Positions 37,520-49,820 of a stretch of 64,000 nucleotides of DNA are shown piece by piece; within the stretch, counting starts at the first letter, position 1, and each line of letters starts with the position of its first letter. Where the stretch lies: NCBI GenBank assembly GCA_048013815.1, contig CM106585.1, positions 8,246,001 through 8,310,000 on the forward strand, read 5' to 3'. This DNA comes from Setoptus koraiensis. Its lineage: Eukaryota; Animalia; Arthropoda. The position numbers and the translations under genes were made by a program. Under the pieces are notes generated by a model that worked only from the letters and a program-made list of their open reading frames with translations, had not been told where the DNA came from and made no database searches.

Positions 37520-40500
37520 TGTGCTAACATCACGTATCTACACACTGTTAATTTTGGATCAGAATGGTGATAGATTTCGCGAACTGTCTATCCAATGTTG
37601 GCTAGGTGAATGCGGATTACACAGACTGGAATATTCCGGAGCACAAGTATTAAACGACGACAATAAAATGATGAGGAAAGCAGTTGTTGAAGTGTAAAAA
37701 TGCCTTCATGGCAAATGCAACAACTATGTATCCGTATGCACAACTATGTATTAGCGATTGTGTGATTTTAACGGCAAGTATTTTGTGTTATTTTACATAT
37801 GGCACCAAACAACAAAACTTGCAATGATGCAGCGAGATAGTGAAAAGAAGGAATCGCGTGAATAATGAGTTGATCAGAACATTAGTAGAGAGGAACAATA
37901 CTCATATAATAGCGGTATTGTTATTATTATTGTCTGACACGATAGCGTCAATTGGCAAGCCAACTGACATTGTCGGATTGTCAATGCAATCATAATGGTA
38001 CCCAAATGGTGTCCAATTGTACGGATAGCGTCATTGCGTTATTGTTATTATTTCTAGTTTGAGAATGTGCCCGGGGCAAAAGGAGTGCAACTAATGGTGT
38101 CTAGACATCGCCAATATCATTTGCGAATGTCTCAAGGGAGACATTTCTATATTTCTACGAGAACGTATTGTGTATTGCGGCGGGTATTGCAGCGAATGTC
38201 CGCCAAACAGATACAATACAGATACGGGGCATGCTGAGGTGAATTTTGGTTAGTTACTCGTTAGTTTACTTTAAAACGATTTGAATTGCCAGTGAACGAC
38301 TGACGCACATTGATCCAATGCAGAGGCCTGGTGAAATGTGCATGCTCCAACAGTCAATCAATACTCATCTCGGCTAACAAGATTGTGAGATGACGAGAGG
38401 GAGAGAGAGAGAGAGAAAATAGAGGACGCTGAGCAAAACAGAGACAAAAGCGTCTTGTTGTGACACACACAGCCATCGTGTAGCTGTAACGAATGAGCTG
38501 GATTAAGAGCAGATATATGTAATATAATGGAACATGAGGTGCTCACTGATGGATTTGATGCAATCTCAACAGGCAAGATGATATCTGGTAAAGTTCATGG
38601 ATGATGATTGGATTATCCTATAAGCGAGCGCCCCCTTTAGTCAGGACAATTCACGGACAGACAGACTGATGTGACAGCGAGTGGTTGGAATTACCGTCAC
38701 AGTCAACATGGCCAAGTAGACAATACATATACATTTTGCATATTTTGCGAGCACAATTGGTGGCAAATGGGCCAAGAAAAATATTATGAGATTCATTAGA
38801 CGAAGCGCAATGATGAGTGCAACTTGAATTTAACTGCCGCCAGTGCGTTATGATCATCGAGTTTATGATTACAACATGATGAACACGATAAACTGTCCGC
38901 TGGGCGCTGCTGGGGCCGACACACCAAAACCCGTTGCGCTAAATTTGAATTGAAATTACCTCACTCGAGCCATAATAATTAGAGCAACTATTACTAAAAC
39001 TATTTGCACTTAAGCCACCATTTAATACACTGGCCAGCTAGTGCTTTAATATCAGTGTCTTGCATTATGTGAGCGCTTGCGAGTTGATAATGGTGCGAAA
39101 CTCAGCGACATGGCTGCAAGCTGCTTTGGCTGGCGACAAAGAGCTTTTATTGTCATTGCTCTAGCTGGCGAGCGCGGGCCCAAGATACAAGGCCGCCGCC
39201 GCGAGCATAATAACTGACGTGCTCAATCATACAACGACGTGGTCATTTTGCCACTTTGCACGTCGCGTTATAATTGCGCCGTTATAATTGCCACTATCGC
39301 CGCGTGCTGCTAGCTCGTGCTGAGTGCTGATGGGGTCAGTGTGACAATGGTGTTCATATTTATACTGTCGCCACGCTAGTTGCACCAGCGTTTACTTAGA
39401 CAACAACAGCGACAATACAGGATACTGTCGTTTGGCACTGCAATTGTGCGCACTCAAGTGACCATATCTCACTAGGGGCCCCGGTCCAGGAGGCCGCTGT
39501 CCAAGGACGGCATACAGTTGAAGTTGGTGCCAATCCGGATGGAGCCGAGCAAATGTTAACTCTTTGTAAGGAGTATGATTACAGTTTGAGTTGTTGCGAA
39601 AAATGGTGCCAGCAAACAGTTGGTAACAGTATCCCTTGTTGCAAGGGCGGATATTGTAACAATTATCGGTGCCTCTTTAGTGGCGCCACACAAATTCACT
39701 GGTTGAGCAACATTCAAACACTTGACTAATGGACACGAGCGAGCGATAGATAAAAAATGAGCGATGATGAGCGTCTTGCCGTTTTCACGCAAGTTACATA
39801 ATTATCATGATTGTGGCAGCAGCAGCCAGATTGACGATTTGATGCAGCCTGATTGGGCCCATTATCATTCATCTTTTCGACTGGGCCCATCATCGTTGGA
39901 GAGCCGCAAGCAAGCAAACAAACAAACAAACAAACAACCAACAAACAAACAATCAAACAGTCAAACAGACACACAGACAAAGCGAGCTCAGCAAACCCGA
40001 GACAACTGTCTCTTGTCTCTTGTTAGCAAGCGGGCCCCACAAGAGACAGCCAGACAATCAAATTAAAAGTGTGTGTTGTGCGCATTCATGTAACAAGGTC
40101 AAGATTTGCGGTAATGGTGCGGCGGCGGCGGGGCCCCGGCATGCAATTTGCAGCATGTTTGTGCAGTATGCGAGCAGTAAACAAACACAGATCAAGGTTA
40201 TACAAGCAGTTTAATGGTGGCCAGTGTAGTGCGCAATATAATAAAAGTGAGCCAGCCACAAAGTGAGGCCAAGTGATAAATAAACAGACTGAGTGACAAA
40301 CATTGGGCCCGATGTGGCGAGCTATCTCTTGTGGGACTCTCTCATAGGGCCCTTATGAGCCTTATGAGAGATTGCTCTCTCTCTCTCTGGATGCCATTAA
40401 ATGACCACTCTAGTTGTTGGCTGTTAGCGGGGCCTCATTTCTTGGCGCCACGACAAGCCAATGGCGGCGGCAAGCCAATGGCCAGTGACTGGCGGCTATG

Positions 40501-43500
40501 ATAAGCTGCCATTACTGCAATTTGCGCAATTGGGGCCCGGACCGATTTGACAAGAGCAATTTGTTGCTCTGGCGTGCATTGTTGCAGTTATAAATGCGCA
40601 AGTTGGCCGGCCTTGCAATAATTACTGCAGTAGCAGTAATGATGATTGCAATAACACAACGACGCCACTGGCCGCTGGCAAAATTGATAGCTGCCGAGCC
40701 GCCGAGCGGCGCCATAATTGATCCGGCCGATCAGTGATATATGCATCGGGGCCACTTGCATCATGCGAGTTGCATCATGCGAGTGGCGTGGGCCCGGCAA
40801 TGTCGACGATAATATCGACGGTAATATCGAGCCAACATCGACTGTATCCAGCACGTCGAGTGTGAACGTGCACTGGGCCAGCTCACGATAGTGGACGCGT
40901 TCGTCCAATAATAACAAACAATTCACCTTGAGGAGTGTCAATACGAGTTAATAAACTCGCTCGCCGCTGTCATTGTTATATAACCATTGCCGGCAACAAT
41001 GACAAGCCAAGACTCTTGGCGCAAGGGGCGCGTGCTCGTGCCGAGCAATTGCTCAGCAACTTGCACGAGCCTGAGCACGAGCTTGCACGAGCTTGCGCGA
41101 GCTGTCATCGCTGCTGTTATTATTGTTATTGCTATTATCAATATTATTGTGGCAACGCTGGCACCTGTTCCTGGCCAAAATCTCACTGTTCCGGTTTCGA
41201 CAGCCAGCGAGCAAGTTGCCAGTGTGCCGAGCTAAATTGCGTTTAAATTCAGTCGGTTGGTGTTGTTGTTGGCGTGCTGGTTTTGTCGGTGCCGCCTGCC
41301 AATTATAGGGCCAAGTGTCTGACAATGAAAGATTGAGATTGAGCTTTAAATGGGCCCCGGGACGAGCAAATGCAATTGCCGCGTCTGTCGGGGCCCCAAA
41401 AGTGCGAGCGAGCACTCGTCACAACTCGTGTTTATACACACTCGCTGACACACAACGTTGTTGGGGCGACACACACACACACACTGAAAACAAACAAACA
41501 AACTGGTTGCTCGGCTGTTTGCTCACTCATCTGGCTGGCGCAATGCCCGGCTGGCGCGATCTCTCGCGGGCGCGATCTCTGGCCCCGTTCGGACCGGGCA
41601 ACAGCAACGACAACGTCAACGACAACGGCGACACCGACAACAACAACAGCCTGTCGATTTATAGGTCGCAACGGGGCCTCGGTTACCTCGTCGGTGGCGG
41701 CGTGCCGCGCAACGGAACGAGTCCGCGAAGTGGCCCAAATATAACAAGTGAGACGACGACGACGAAGAACAAGTAAGAAGCGGAATAAACCGTCTGTCGT
41801 GCTGCTCGCCGTCGGCCGGCCAGACCGATTTGGGGCGACCGAGTGTTTACATTGGTAGCGGCGCCGTAGTTGGCGTTGGCACTAACTGGCCGCTCTGGCG
41901 TTCGTACAAAATCGAGCAAGTGATCAATATTTAATAAACTGGTTTGAGTAACACAGACAACACAACCCACCAATTGGGCATGCCGCGAATGGATAATGGG
42001 CGAGGCGATTGATCGGTTTTTAAGATGGGCAACTTGCTGCGCGCCGTGCGAGGGGCTGTGCGGCACAGCCTGCGCCAGTGGCGGGGCCCCAATTGGCCGG
42101 CCGGTGGCTCAATCGCCGTTGACCATGCTCAACGTTACACAACCGCGTGGTCAATACTACTACATGTTACGTAACTGAGAAATGTTATATACTAAGAAAT
42201 TGGAAATGGAGCTCATTGATGATGCTCGGCGCTGTGTGTTTGTGAGGCGCGCAATTGGATTGATTTGCTCGTTTGTACCTGGTCGCTGGGCAGCGTGCAA
42301 CGCCAATTACGTAAATAGCGCACACAGTTGAGCTGTTGCATGACCAGGATAACAAGTGGCCCCAAAGAGGCGGCTTACGGGCCCCATTAGCTTATGGGCG
42401 CGAAGTGGGCACTAGCTGCTGCCAATAACTGGCTGCTGGCAAGTTGCTAGCAACTTTCGGGTATTGCGGCCAATGTGCAAAACGCTGCTAGCGTATATTG
42501 GGCCCGCGTGCAGTGGGCCGGCGTATAATGGGCCGGTGGCCTTCGCTGGCCGTGCCTGTACCGGCGGCGCTGGCCAGGCGCTTCCGGCCGAGCTCGCCAA
42601 CGGCACGGACGTGCATGCGAGACCGCTGAAAGGCTGGCTCGCGGGCCTCTCGTGAGTGATAATTTGGCACGATTTTGTTTCCATAGTTACACGTTGTGAG
42701 GAGGCATGCGAAATGCCAATCCGCGAATCTGTCCGATATGTAGTATTTGTGCAGTGTGCGTGTGTGTGTGGAGGGCGCATTTGGGGCGAGATGTTGCCAG
42801 TTTAGCGAGGGGCCAGCTCGGGCCGGCAACATCTCACTATCTGATACAAGTTGGCCCTATTTTAACTGCTATCACTCGCTGTTGTGTAACTGTGTTATAA
42901 TAGCCTCAGGTGCCCCAGCGAACAAGTGAATCAAATCACCAGCGGGCCACATTATGATTTGACCGCCCGCTCGCCCGATCGATGCAATAGCCGCGCGCAA
43001 ACACATTTGATTAGCCGGCTGTTCCGGCTTGCGGGGCCCCAATTGTAAGCCGGCCCGAGAGGGCTTACAATTGGGCTGGCTTATTTTATAGGCCAATCGG
43101 CGGCCGGGCTTGGCAAAATTGGCGAGCCCGAGTGAGTGAGTGGGAGCAAATGAATTAGACGATGGCTTGCTCAGTTGCGCCAGTTATATGGGAACTCAAT
43201 CGACTATGCGATCAAATTGTGTTACCTGTTTGCCGGCTGGCGCGCGTAGGCCGCCTAATTGAGCCAAATGGCCCAGTACACAACAGACACAAACGCATTA
43301 TAACGCATTGTAACGCATTGAGAAACAGATGAGCTCGATGGGGGCCAAGAATAGAGGCCGGCGAGACCGCTGTGACTGTTCAATTGAGCCACCAGCCGTC
43401 CTTATGCACGCCTAATACCAGCTGATGCAGGCTTGTGAAAGTTGCTTGTATGCAGTCTTGGGGCCGCCAGCACACACAAGCAACTTTCATTTATCCCCAA

Positions 43501-44720
43501 TTTGTCCGTTCCGTTTATCCGTTCCGTTTATCCGTCGCGTTTATCCGTCGCACAGCCACAGCGCCGTGTTTATGTGCAAGTGTGTGTTGGTGTGCACTAA
43601 CGCACAATTGCAAATAATCTAGATTGCAAACTGCAAACTGCCAACTGCGCACTGTAAACTGCGAATCGTGAGCCATTGCCACGGATAAACTAACTGACAA
43701 TTCAAAAAGTGATGCTTGGGGGAGGAGTTAAAACTGTGTGTGTGTGTGTGTCCTTGTTGAGGTCAGGCTTGGCAAGACTTCAATTTGCAATTCATTTGAG
43801 GCCCCGGCGGTTCGACGTTGTGCTAACTTGCAAGTTACAAGTTGCTAGCTAGTGGGGCCCGTCGTTCCATTAGTTGGCTGTTCGATTATTACATTCTATC
43901 CGTTTAGAGCCTTTAGAGCCTTTAGACTGGAGTGGAGCTGCCTTGCGTTGGGCCCCTCTCGTCGGGGCCCCTTGCTCCGTTGAGCCGGCCAGAGCAAGAA
44001 TGGAAAGCCGGCGCAGCGAGACAATGAGAGACAGACAAATAGACAGCCAGCTCGCTTGCAACAAATCATGTGTAATTCGAGGCCCGATGTGCCTGTCCAA
44101 GTATAACACACGCACACGCACACCAAATATCCAGCACATCCATACTAACTGTCTATAGCTATTTATTATTGTTATTCCGAAACGATACACAGCCAGAAAC
44201 AGCCAGCCGCCACACAAGCAATGTGTAATGGGGCCCCATTGGCAGTGACCGCATTGGTGCAGGCACTGGTGCATGCATTGTAGTTGTAGTGGCAGTTGTA
44301 GTGGCAGTTGTAGTTGTATTTGTAGTTGGTGCAGCCAGCAACAACTGCCATAGGCTACAACCATTGGGTAATAAATAGCGCCAGTGGCACTTGTAGTGGC
44401 TGTAGTTGTAGTTGTTGTGTGGCTGTCGTTGCTGTTGTTGCTGTCGCTGCTTTTATCCAGCAACAACAGCAACAACGACAGCACTGTCCGGTTGTCTCTC
44501 GCACAGTATTTAGGCCATCAACAATGGCCGGCACAAACAGCCGAGGAGCAGAAAAAATGCATCACAGATCAGTGAGGCCTCATGCGGCCAGCGTGGGGCC
44601 AGATGCGTGGGGCTTGTGATGAACATTTGAGTGAGTAGCACCCAAACATTCAACTCAAACTCAAACTCGAACTCAACCGAAACTGGTTACTATGTTTATA
44701 AATAGCGGCAGCTTGATAAC

Positions 44721-45329
44721 ATGAGCATAAACAAATTAATTTATTGGCCATTACCAGTTACACTTGCCACACTCGACAATCAAATAAACAACCAACTAAG
44801 CAGCGTAACAGCACCAACCGACCATGAGTTTATACATGCTTTGAGAATTATATATTATTACAGCATTGTTACACTTCCTCTGGCTGCAACGGGCCCCACA
44901 ATCAGCGTTCAATTGGCCGCATACAACACATACGCTGGCGATTTCTCACTCAAAATAATCAGTGTCTCTCTCCAACTGACTGACAAAAGTTGTGAGTTGC
45001 ATCTGACGGCTCCAAGAGAGTTCGCGATTCACACAGTCACATTCAGTGATTGTTCGAATCACTGGGGCCTTCGAATCAAGCCAATTCGAAAGCTTATCCA
45101 ATTGGCTAGCATAGTAGAGACAGATGAACAATATTGCTCGGGCCTCCAGTATTCGCAACACGGCCAATTTCGATGTGAAACGAACAGATTAGAGCGACTT
45201 TGTCGACTTGCAATGCGCAACTTGCCTTATGTCACGAAAAACTTATATCCGAACCTTGATCATGAACAACATCTCAATGGTTCAGTATCTCTACCGCGAA
45301 ACACTGAGAACGAGATTCGCACAACTTGA
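44721..45329 (+). CDS. Orphan ORF (202 aa) antisense in the KCC intron, with a C-terminal SOCS/BC-box-like motif
   Basis: ATG-started 609-bp ORF of normal amino-acid complexity, ending RLERLCRLAMRNL..SLPRNTENEI. No other family motif recognised; expression unknown. Confidence 0.4.
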   Translation: MSINKLIYWPLPVTLATLDNQINNQLSSVTAPTDHEFIHALRIIYYYSIVTLPLAATGPTISVQLAAYNTYAGDFSLKIISVSLQLTDKSCELHLTAPREFAIHTVTFSDCSNHWGLRIKPIRKLIQLASIVETDEQYCSGLQYSQHGQFRCETNRLERLCRLAMRNLPYVTKNLYPNLDHEQHLNGSVSLPRNTENEIRTT

Positions 45330-45603
45330 GTATGAGTCAAACCATCATTGGGCCCATCGGCTCAATTTTATTCATTCTTTGCATTGTTCATTCATTACAA
45401 GGATATCCTTGTATTTCTACTATATGATGCAAATCTCCAAATGGAAACGGGTGTATCATTCAATTTGCCGACATTAAAAGCAATTATTATCACCTTGTCG
45501 TCAGTTAGACAAATCACTTTTCCGCTCCCTCCCCCCATAACCGATATCAACGTGTTTTCATTGTTTCGACCCAATCTGACAAGACGATATTCTAATCGTC
45601 ATG

Positions 45604-46125
45604 TTAGAATTGCAGTTTAGCCCAGGCTTGCGAGTCGAAGCTTGGGAACGGCCAGTTGTCAATTTTGCATGGATACTTCTTTGACTTATCTACTTTGAAG
45701 GTGACGTCAGTTTCACCCACTTCGGTGTCCATACAATAAATGTATACGTGACATAGCAATGCAGCAGAATATAGCTGCGCCGCAGGTTTATCTGAGTAAA
45801 CGATGAGTTTGTTGAATTCTTCATCTTCGGTCTCTTCCCGCTTCTTAATTTGCGAGACTATTTCCAGAATCTGTAAATAATCGAAATGCCCCTTAACTTT
45901 GGGCCTATACGGCACACACATTTTATATCGTTCGTCAATGAAAACCTTTTCTTTCTGGCGGCCAGTCTGATGCTTCGAAGTGTATTTTGTTGCAAGAAAT
46001 TTCTCAAGATTACTCACAAACTCTTGTTGCACTGACTCATCGTCCTTTTTCAAACCGTCAACAATACGGGCCACGCTCGCTCTATCAATTTCGCTCGATG
46101 ACGGAACTCCAGTAGCAACTTGCAA
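45604..46125 (-). CDS. Orphan ORF or exon (173 codons open; first ATG internal), convergent with the ORF at 44721
   Basis: Stop-free 522 bp with a protein-like K/E/D-rich, helical-looking composition and no microsatellite origin. It has no ATG at the 5' end and no clear acceptor, so it may be a pseudogene or TE remnant. Confidence 0.35.
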   Translation of the reverse strand: MQVATGVPSSSEIDRASVARIVDGLKKDDESVQQEFVSNLEKFLATKYTSKHQTGRQKEKVFIDERYKMCVPYRPKVKGHFDYLQILEIVSQIKKREETEDEEFNKLIVYSDKPAAQLYSAALLCHVYIYCMDTEVGETDVTFKVDKSKKYPCKIDNWPFPSFDSQAWAKLQF

Positions 46126-47686
46126 CGCGTCTCAAGGCTAGCATCACATGAGCAATGTTGCCAGGCCCCCCCCCCCCGTACTCGAAACACAGCGCATTTC
46201 GATTCGCAATTGACAGTTTTCGGAAGCGGCGCAACCAGCATACGAAGCTTTTGTGAGGAGCTTTTGGCAAATTATTCAAAAGCTTGCTTGCGAGCTGACT
46301 TTTCGAAAGGATATCAACGAACAGGCAATAGGGTCTTGGGTTGCGACACAGAGTAACAAGCTGACCGCTGAGGGATTTGGCTGACAATCTGTGAGCTCGA
46401 AACTTTTGAGTCGAAAGTGAGCCTCTTAACGACTGACAACTGAGTGAGATTGTCAGCCCGAGTCTGAAAATAAGCAGCTAATGAGATAGCTGCACATACA
46501 ATGGACTCGCCCGCTGATGATAAACTTATCAACTTTTATCTGATTTATCTCGCAATTGCAGCTTGCCTTTGTGAGGGCCTTTGTGACACAGTACAGGTAA
46601 ATCTACACTGTATATACTGTGTATACTGTATATACTGTGTATACTGTATGTACGCGGCAGGGGCCCGAGTGGCCCCTGTGCTCACTGAGTTATAACTGCA
46701 GTTAGTAACTGTTGTGAGTTGGTGGCGCGTTATCAATGATAAGACACAGATTATAGCGACTTTTGCGACTTGCAACTCGCGACTCGCGACTCGCGACTGG
46801 GACTGGGACCCCTGACAAAGTTGGGGCGACACGCTGCCGCACGCGTAACAGCGATAAACATTGTTAGTGTGTAATGGTAGTTGGTTGTGTGTTATATGTT
46901 TTGTTTGTCGGTTGAGTTACTTGGCTCACTTATCGTTGTTACCTGTCGTTTATTGGGGCCCCGTTGTTGCGTTGCCTTGTGTGTGTGCTATATTGTAATA
47001 CACCCCGGTGTTTGTATCACCCGTGTAACCGCTACTACCAACAATTGGCTGGCACGCACAACGCAAACTCATAAAAATGATGATAGTTGCAGTGGCACCA
47101 TTTTACAGCCAGCTCCATTAAAAAGCCGACCGGGCCCCAATTTACACTGCAGCTACACGACGCCGGCCAGTGTTGCCATTGCCCGAAACGGGGGCCCGCC
47201 TTGTATTGTCTAACCCTGCCCAACACAAGGCTGGCCAATCCAAGGCTGGCCAATATAAAGCAGCAGCAGCAACAACGACAGCGCGCCGCTAAAACTATTA
47301 GCCATTAGTGGAGAACGTGAACTCGTTACAGCGCTGGCAAGCTCGGCTTCGATTGTGATTGCATGAATTGCGCAATAGGCAGTTGGCGAGTTGGCCTTGC
47401 AGATTGCGGATTGCGGATTGGCCGACGAAAATTTTGGCCAGCTAGCGCTTGCTAGAGCTCGCTGCTGGCCGCCGTTAAGTTGCGACAGCTAGCGACAAAA
47501 CGGCCGGGCCCCAATGTGACCCAAATCGGTGTCGCGCCACTGGCCAGCATTATGTTGGCCGAAAATGTATCGCCGACTAACACAATTTGGCTCCTGTCAA
47601 GAGATATCCGTCGGCTCGTCTAACATCATCCATATTTATGCCTTATCCGCGGCTCGCCGACCATACCGACCTGTCTCGCGAGTCGC

Positions 47687-47779
47687 GACTCACTGCGAGA
47701 CTCACTGCGAGACTCACTGCAAGACTCACAGCAAGACTCTCACAGCAAGACTCTCACAGCAAGACTCTCACAGCAAGAC
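47687..47779. repeat. Graded tandem array: 12-bp GACTCACTGCGA evolving to 14-bp GACTCTCACAGCAA, 7 units
   Basis: Read directly. Confidence 0.9.
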
Positions 47780-49660
47780 GGGCCTCACTGGCCCAATTGT
47801 CGCAACTCCGACTGCCGGCCTGACAGTGTCCGGCTATTGTGTCGGCCGGCCGGCTAACTCAATGTTCGGTTCACATTGTACATTGTGTTTGTGCGTTCGT
47901 ATTAGCCTATCGCCCGACTGGCCGACTGGCGACACACAAATGCAATTATCTGCTCGAGGAAGTGGCCCGCGGGGCCCCTGCAACCCAACGCCAGCTCGCA
48001 AATTTATTCATGGCTCACTAGCTCGCCAGCTCGGATATAAATGTGCGACCATCTATATCCGACGGTTCGTCAGCACGGCGCTGCCAGTGCTCCGGCCAGA
48101 TCGCTGCCGAACGGCCAGCACAACAGGCCAAATTGGCAGCACCGAGCCAAACGGGCAACACCAAACCAAATTGGCAGCGCCCGACTGGCCAAAGACTCCA
48201 TTAACTGGCCGGCAGAGTGGGCCATTCGCCAGAATCTTGTATTATGCAATCAAATCAATTCGTACGTAATCATCTGGCACGCAGTTAGTAATCAATTGCG
48301 ACCTAGTGAATGTCGACGACATGACAGCATTACATGCCTCGTGTGCCTCATATCATATAAGCTAAATCATACAAGTTATGCATGTATCAATGAGTCGGAT
48401 ATCCGAACAAATTCGCACAGCGCACACGCTATGATTAATGGCGACCTCAAAGTGACACAACTGCTCGCTGGATTTTTATCCGGGCCGCGGGTTTTATCCG
48501 AGGCGCGGATTTGCTCATTTGCACCGGCTCGTTTGGCGCCGTTGGCGACAATCTATCTATAATGTATCATCTATATTAATATAATACAGATAATGTATTA
48601 ATTTCATCAAGGGTGCGCATTACAGCTGAGATGAGATGTTTGCCATTGCAAACATCATGTCAGCCGTGCATCGCTTACTAATTAGCGATTGCCATATGAC
48701 ACAATGGGCGCCCTCTCAATGTATACGCAGTGCCAATATCCTAATATGTCACTGCGTATACATTGACACATCACTGATGTGTAACATGAGTGTCGCATTA
48801 CAACAGCAGGCCGCTGAAAAACAATGGGCCCAATTGATAAACAATCTTGGCCACACTCACTGAAATCTGATTAACGAATGCATAATCCGTGATATAATTA
48901 TATAAATAGATACAACGACGTTACGTCATCGGATATTTAACAGGAGGGCGCATAATGGCTCACAAATTGTCAGTCACAATAGCTTGTGATGGCTCACAAT
49001 GGCGCTCATAATAGCAAACAGGTAGTGAAATTGGATCGATCGGTGCCCGACAGGTACTTGTGGCAGCGAAATAGCTAACAATTAAGCAGTGGCGTGAGCC
49101 ATTGTCAGGGCTCTTAGGCGCCCCTAATGAGCGCCTAAAGGTAATTGATGGCTCGTTGATGGTGCAGTAGCGGTGGATAACGCGAGCCGACACCGTGTAT
49201 AAAAGCACGTGTAAAAGCACGTGTAAAAGCGTGTACAAGAGCTGGCGACGACAAGTAGCTAGCTGCTGAGTGAGATTAATTGCGAGCTGCCTGACAGTGA
49301 TATGACACCGCGTTGCGATAGCACCAAAAACAAATGTATCATCGTGTGAGAGCTTGTCAATCGATGGGCCCCGTCGGCTCGTTCGCGCGCACGCCGGAAT
49401 ATCCGCACACCGGAATTTGTGCGCGCATTGGAATATCCGCTCGCCGGCTTGCACGTCACTTGGTGTCGTGGGCACTTGACGGTGTCGGCGCCAACAGACA
49501 ACAACTATTTGCGTCAATATTCCCGTTTGCCCGACAACGCGCGTATGCCCGGCGAGATAATGACAAAAACAACAACGTGTTGGCATTGTTTGTGGCGCCT
49601 GGCCAACGGGACACCGATAGGCACTCGGTGGGGCCGTCATTGGGGATCATTGGATCACTC

Positions 49661-49820
49661 GTCGCTGAAATGATAGTCGCCGAAATGAGTGTCGCTGAAA
49701 TGATAGTCGCCGAAATGAGTGTCGCCGAAATGAGTGTCGCCGAAATGAGCGTCGCCGAAATGAGCGTCGCCGAAATGAGAGTCGCCGAAGTGAGTGTCGC
49801 TGAAATGAGTGTCGCTGAAA
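49661..49820. repeat. 15-bp minisatellite (GTCGCCGAAATGAGT consensus), 10 full copies plus a partial copy
   Basis: Read directly; the first four units alternate in an A-B-A-B pattern. Confidence 0.95.

Noticed and set aside
38098-38253. CLDIANIICECLKGDISIFLRERIVYCGG, faintly actin/ARP-like
   Set aside because: It is only about 50 codons between stops, with no other actin motifs or splice sites.
44274-44286. 13-nt match to miR-33 (TGCATTGTAGTTG)
   Set aside because: It is embedded in a GTAGTT/GTAGTG repeat, the 3' half of the mature miRNA is missing, and I see no hairpin.
49661-49820. Regular repeat array as a CRISPR array
   Set aside because: The units are contiguous with no unique spacers, and the context is a eukaryotic intron with no cas genes.
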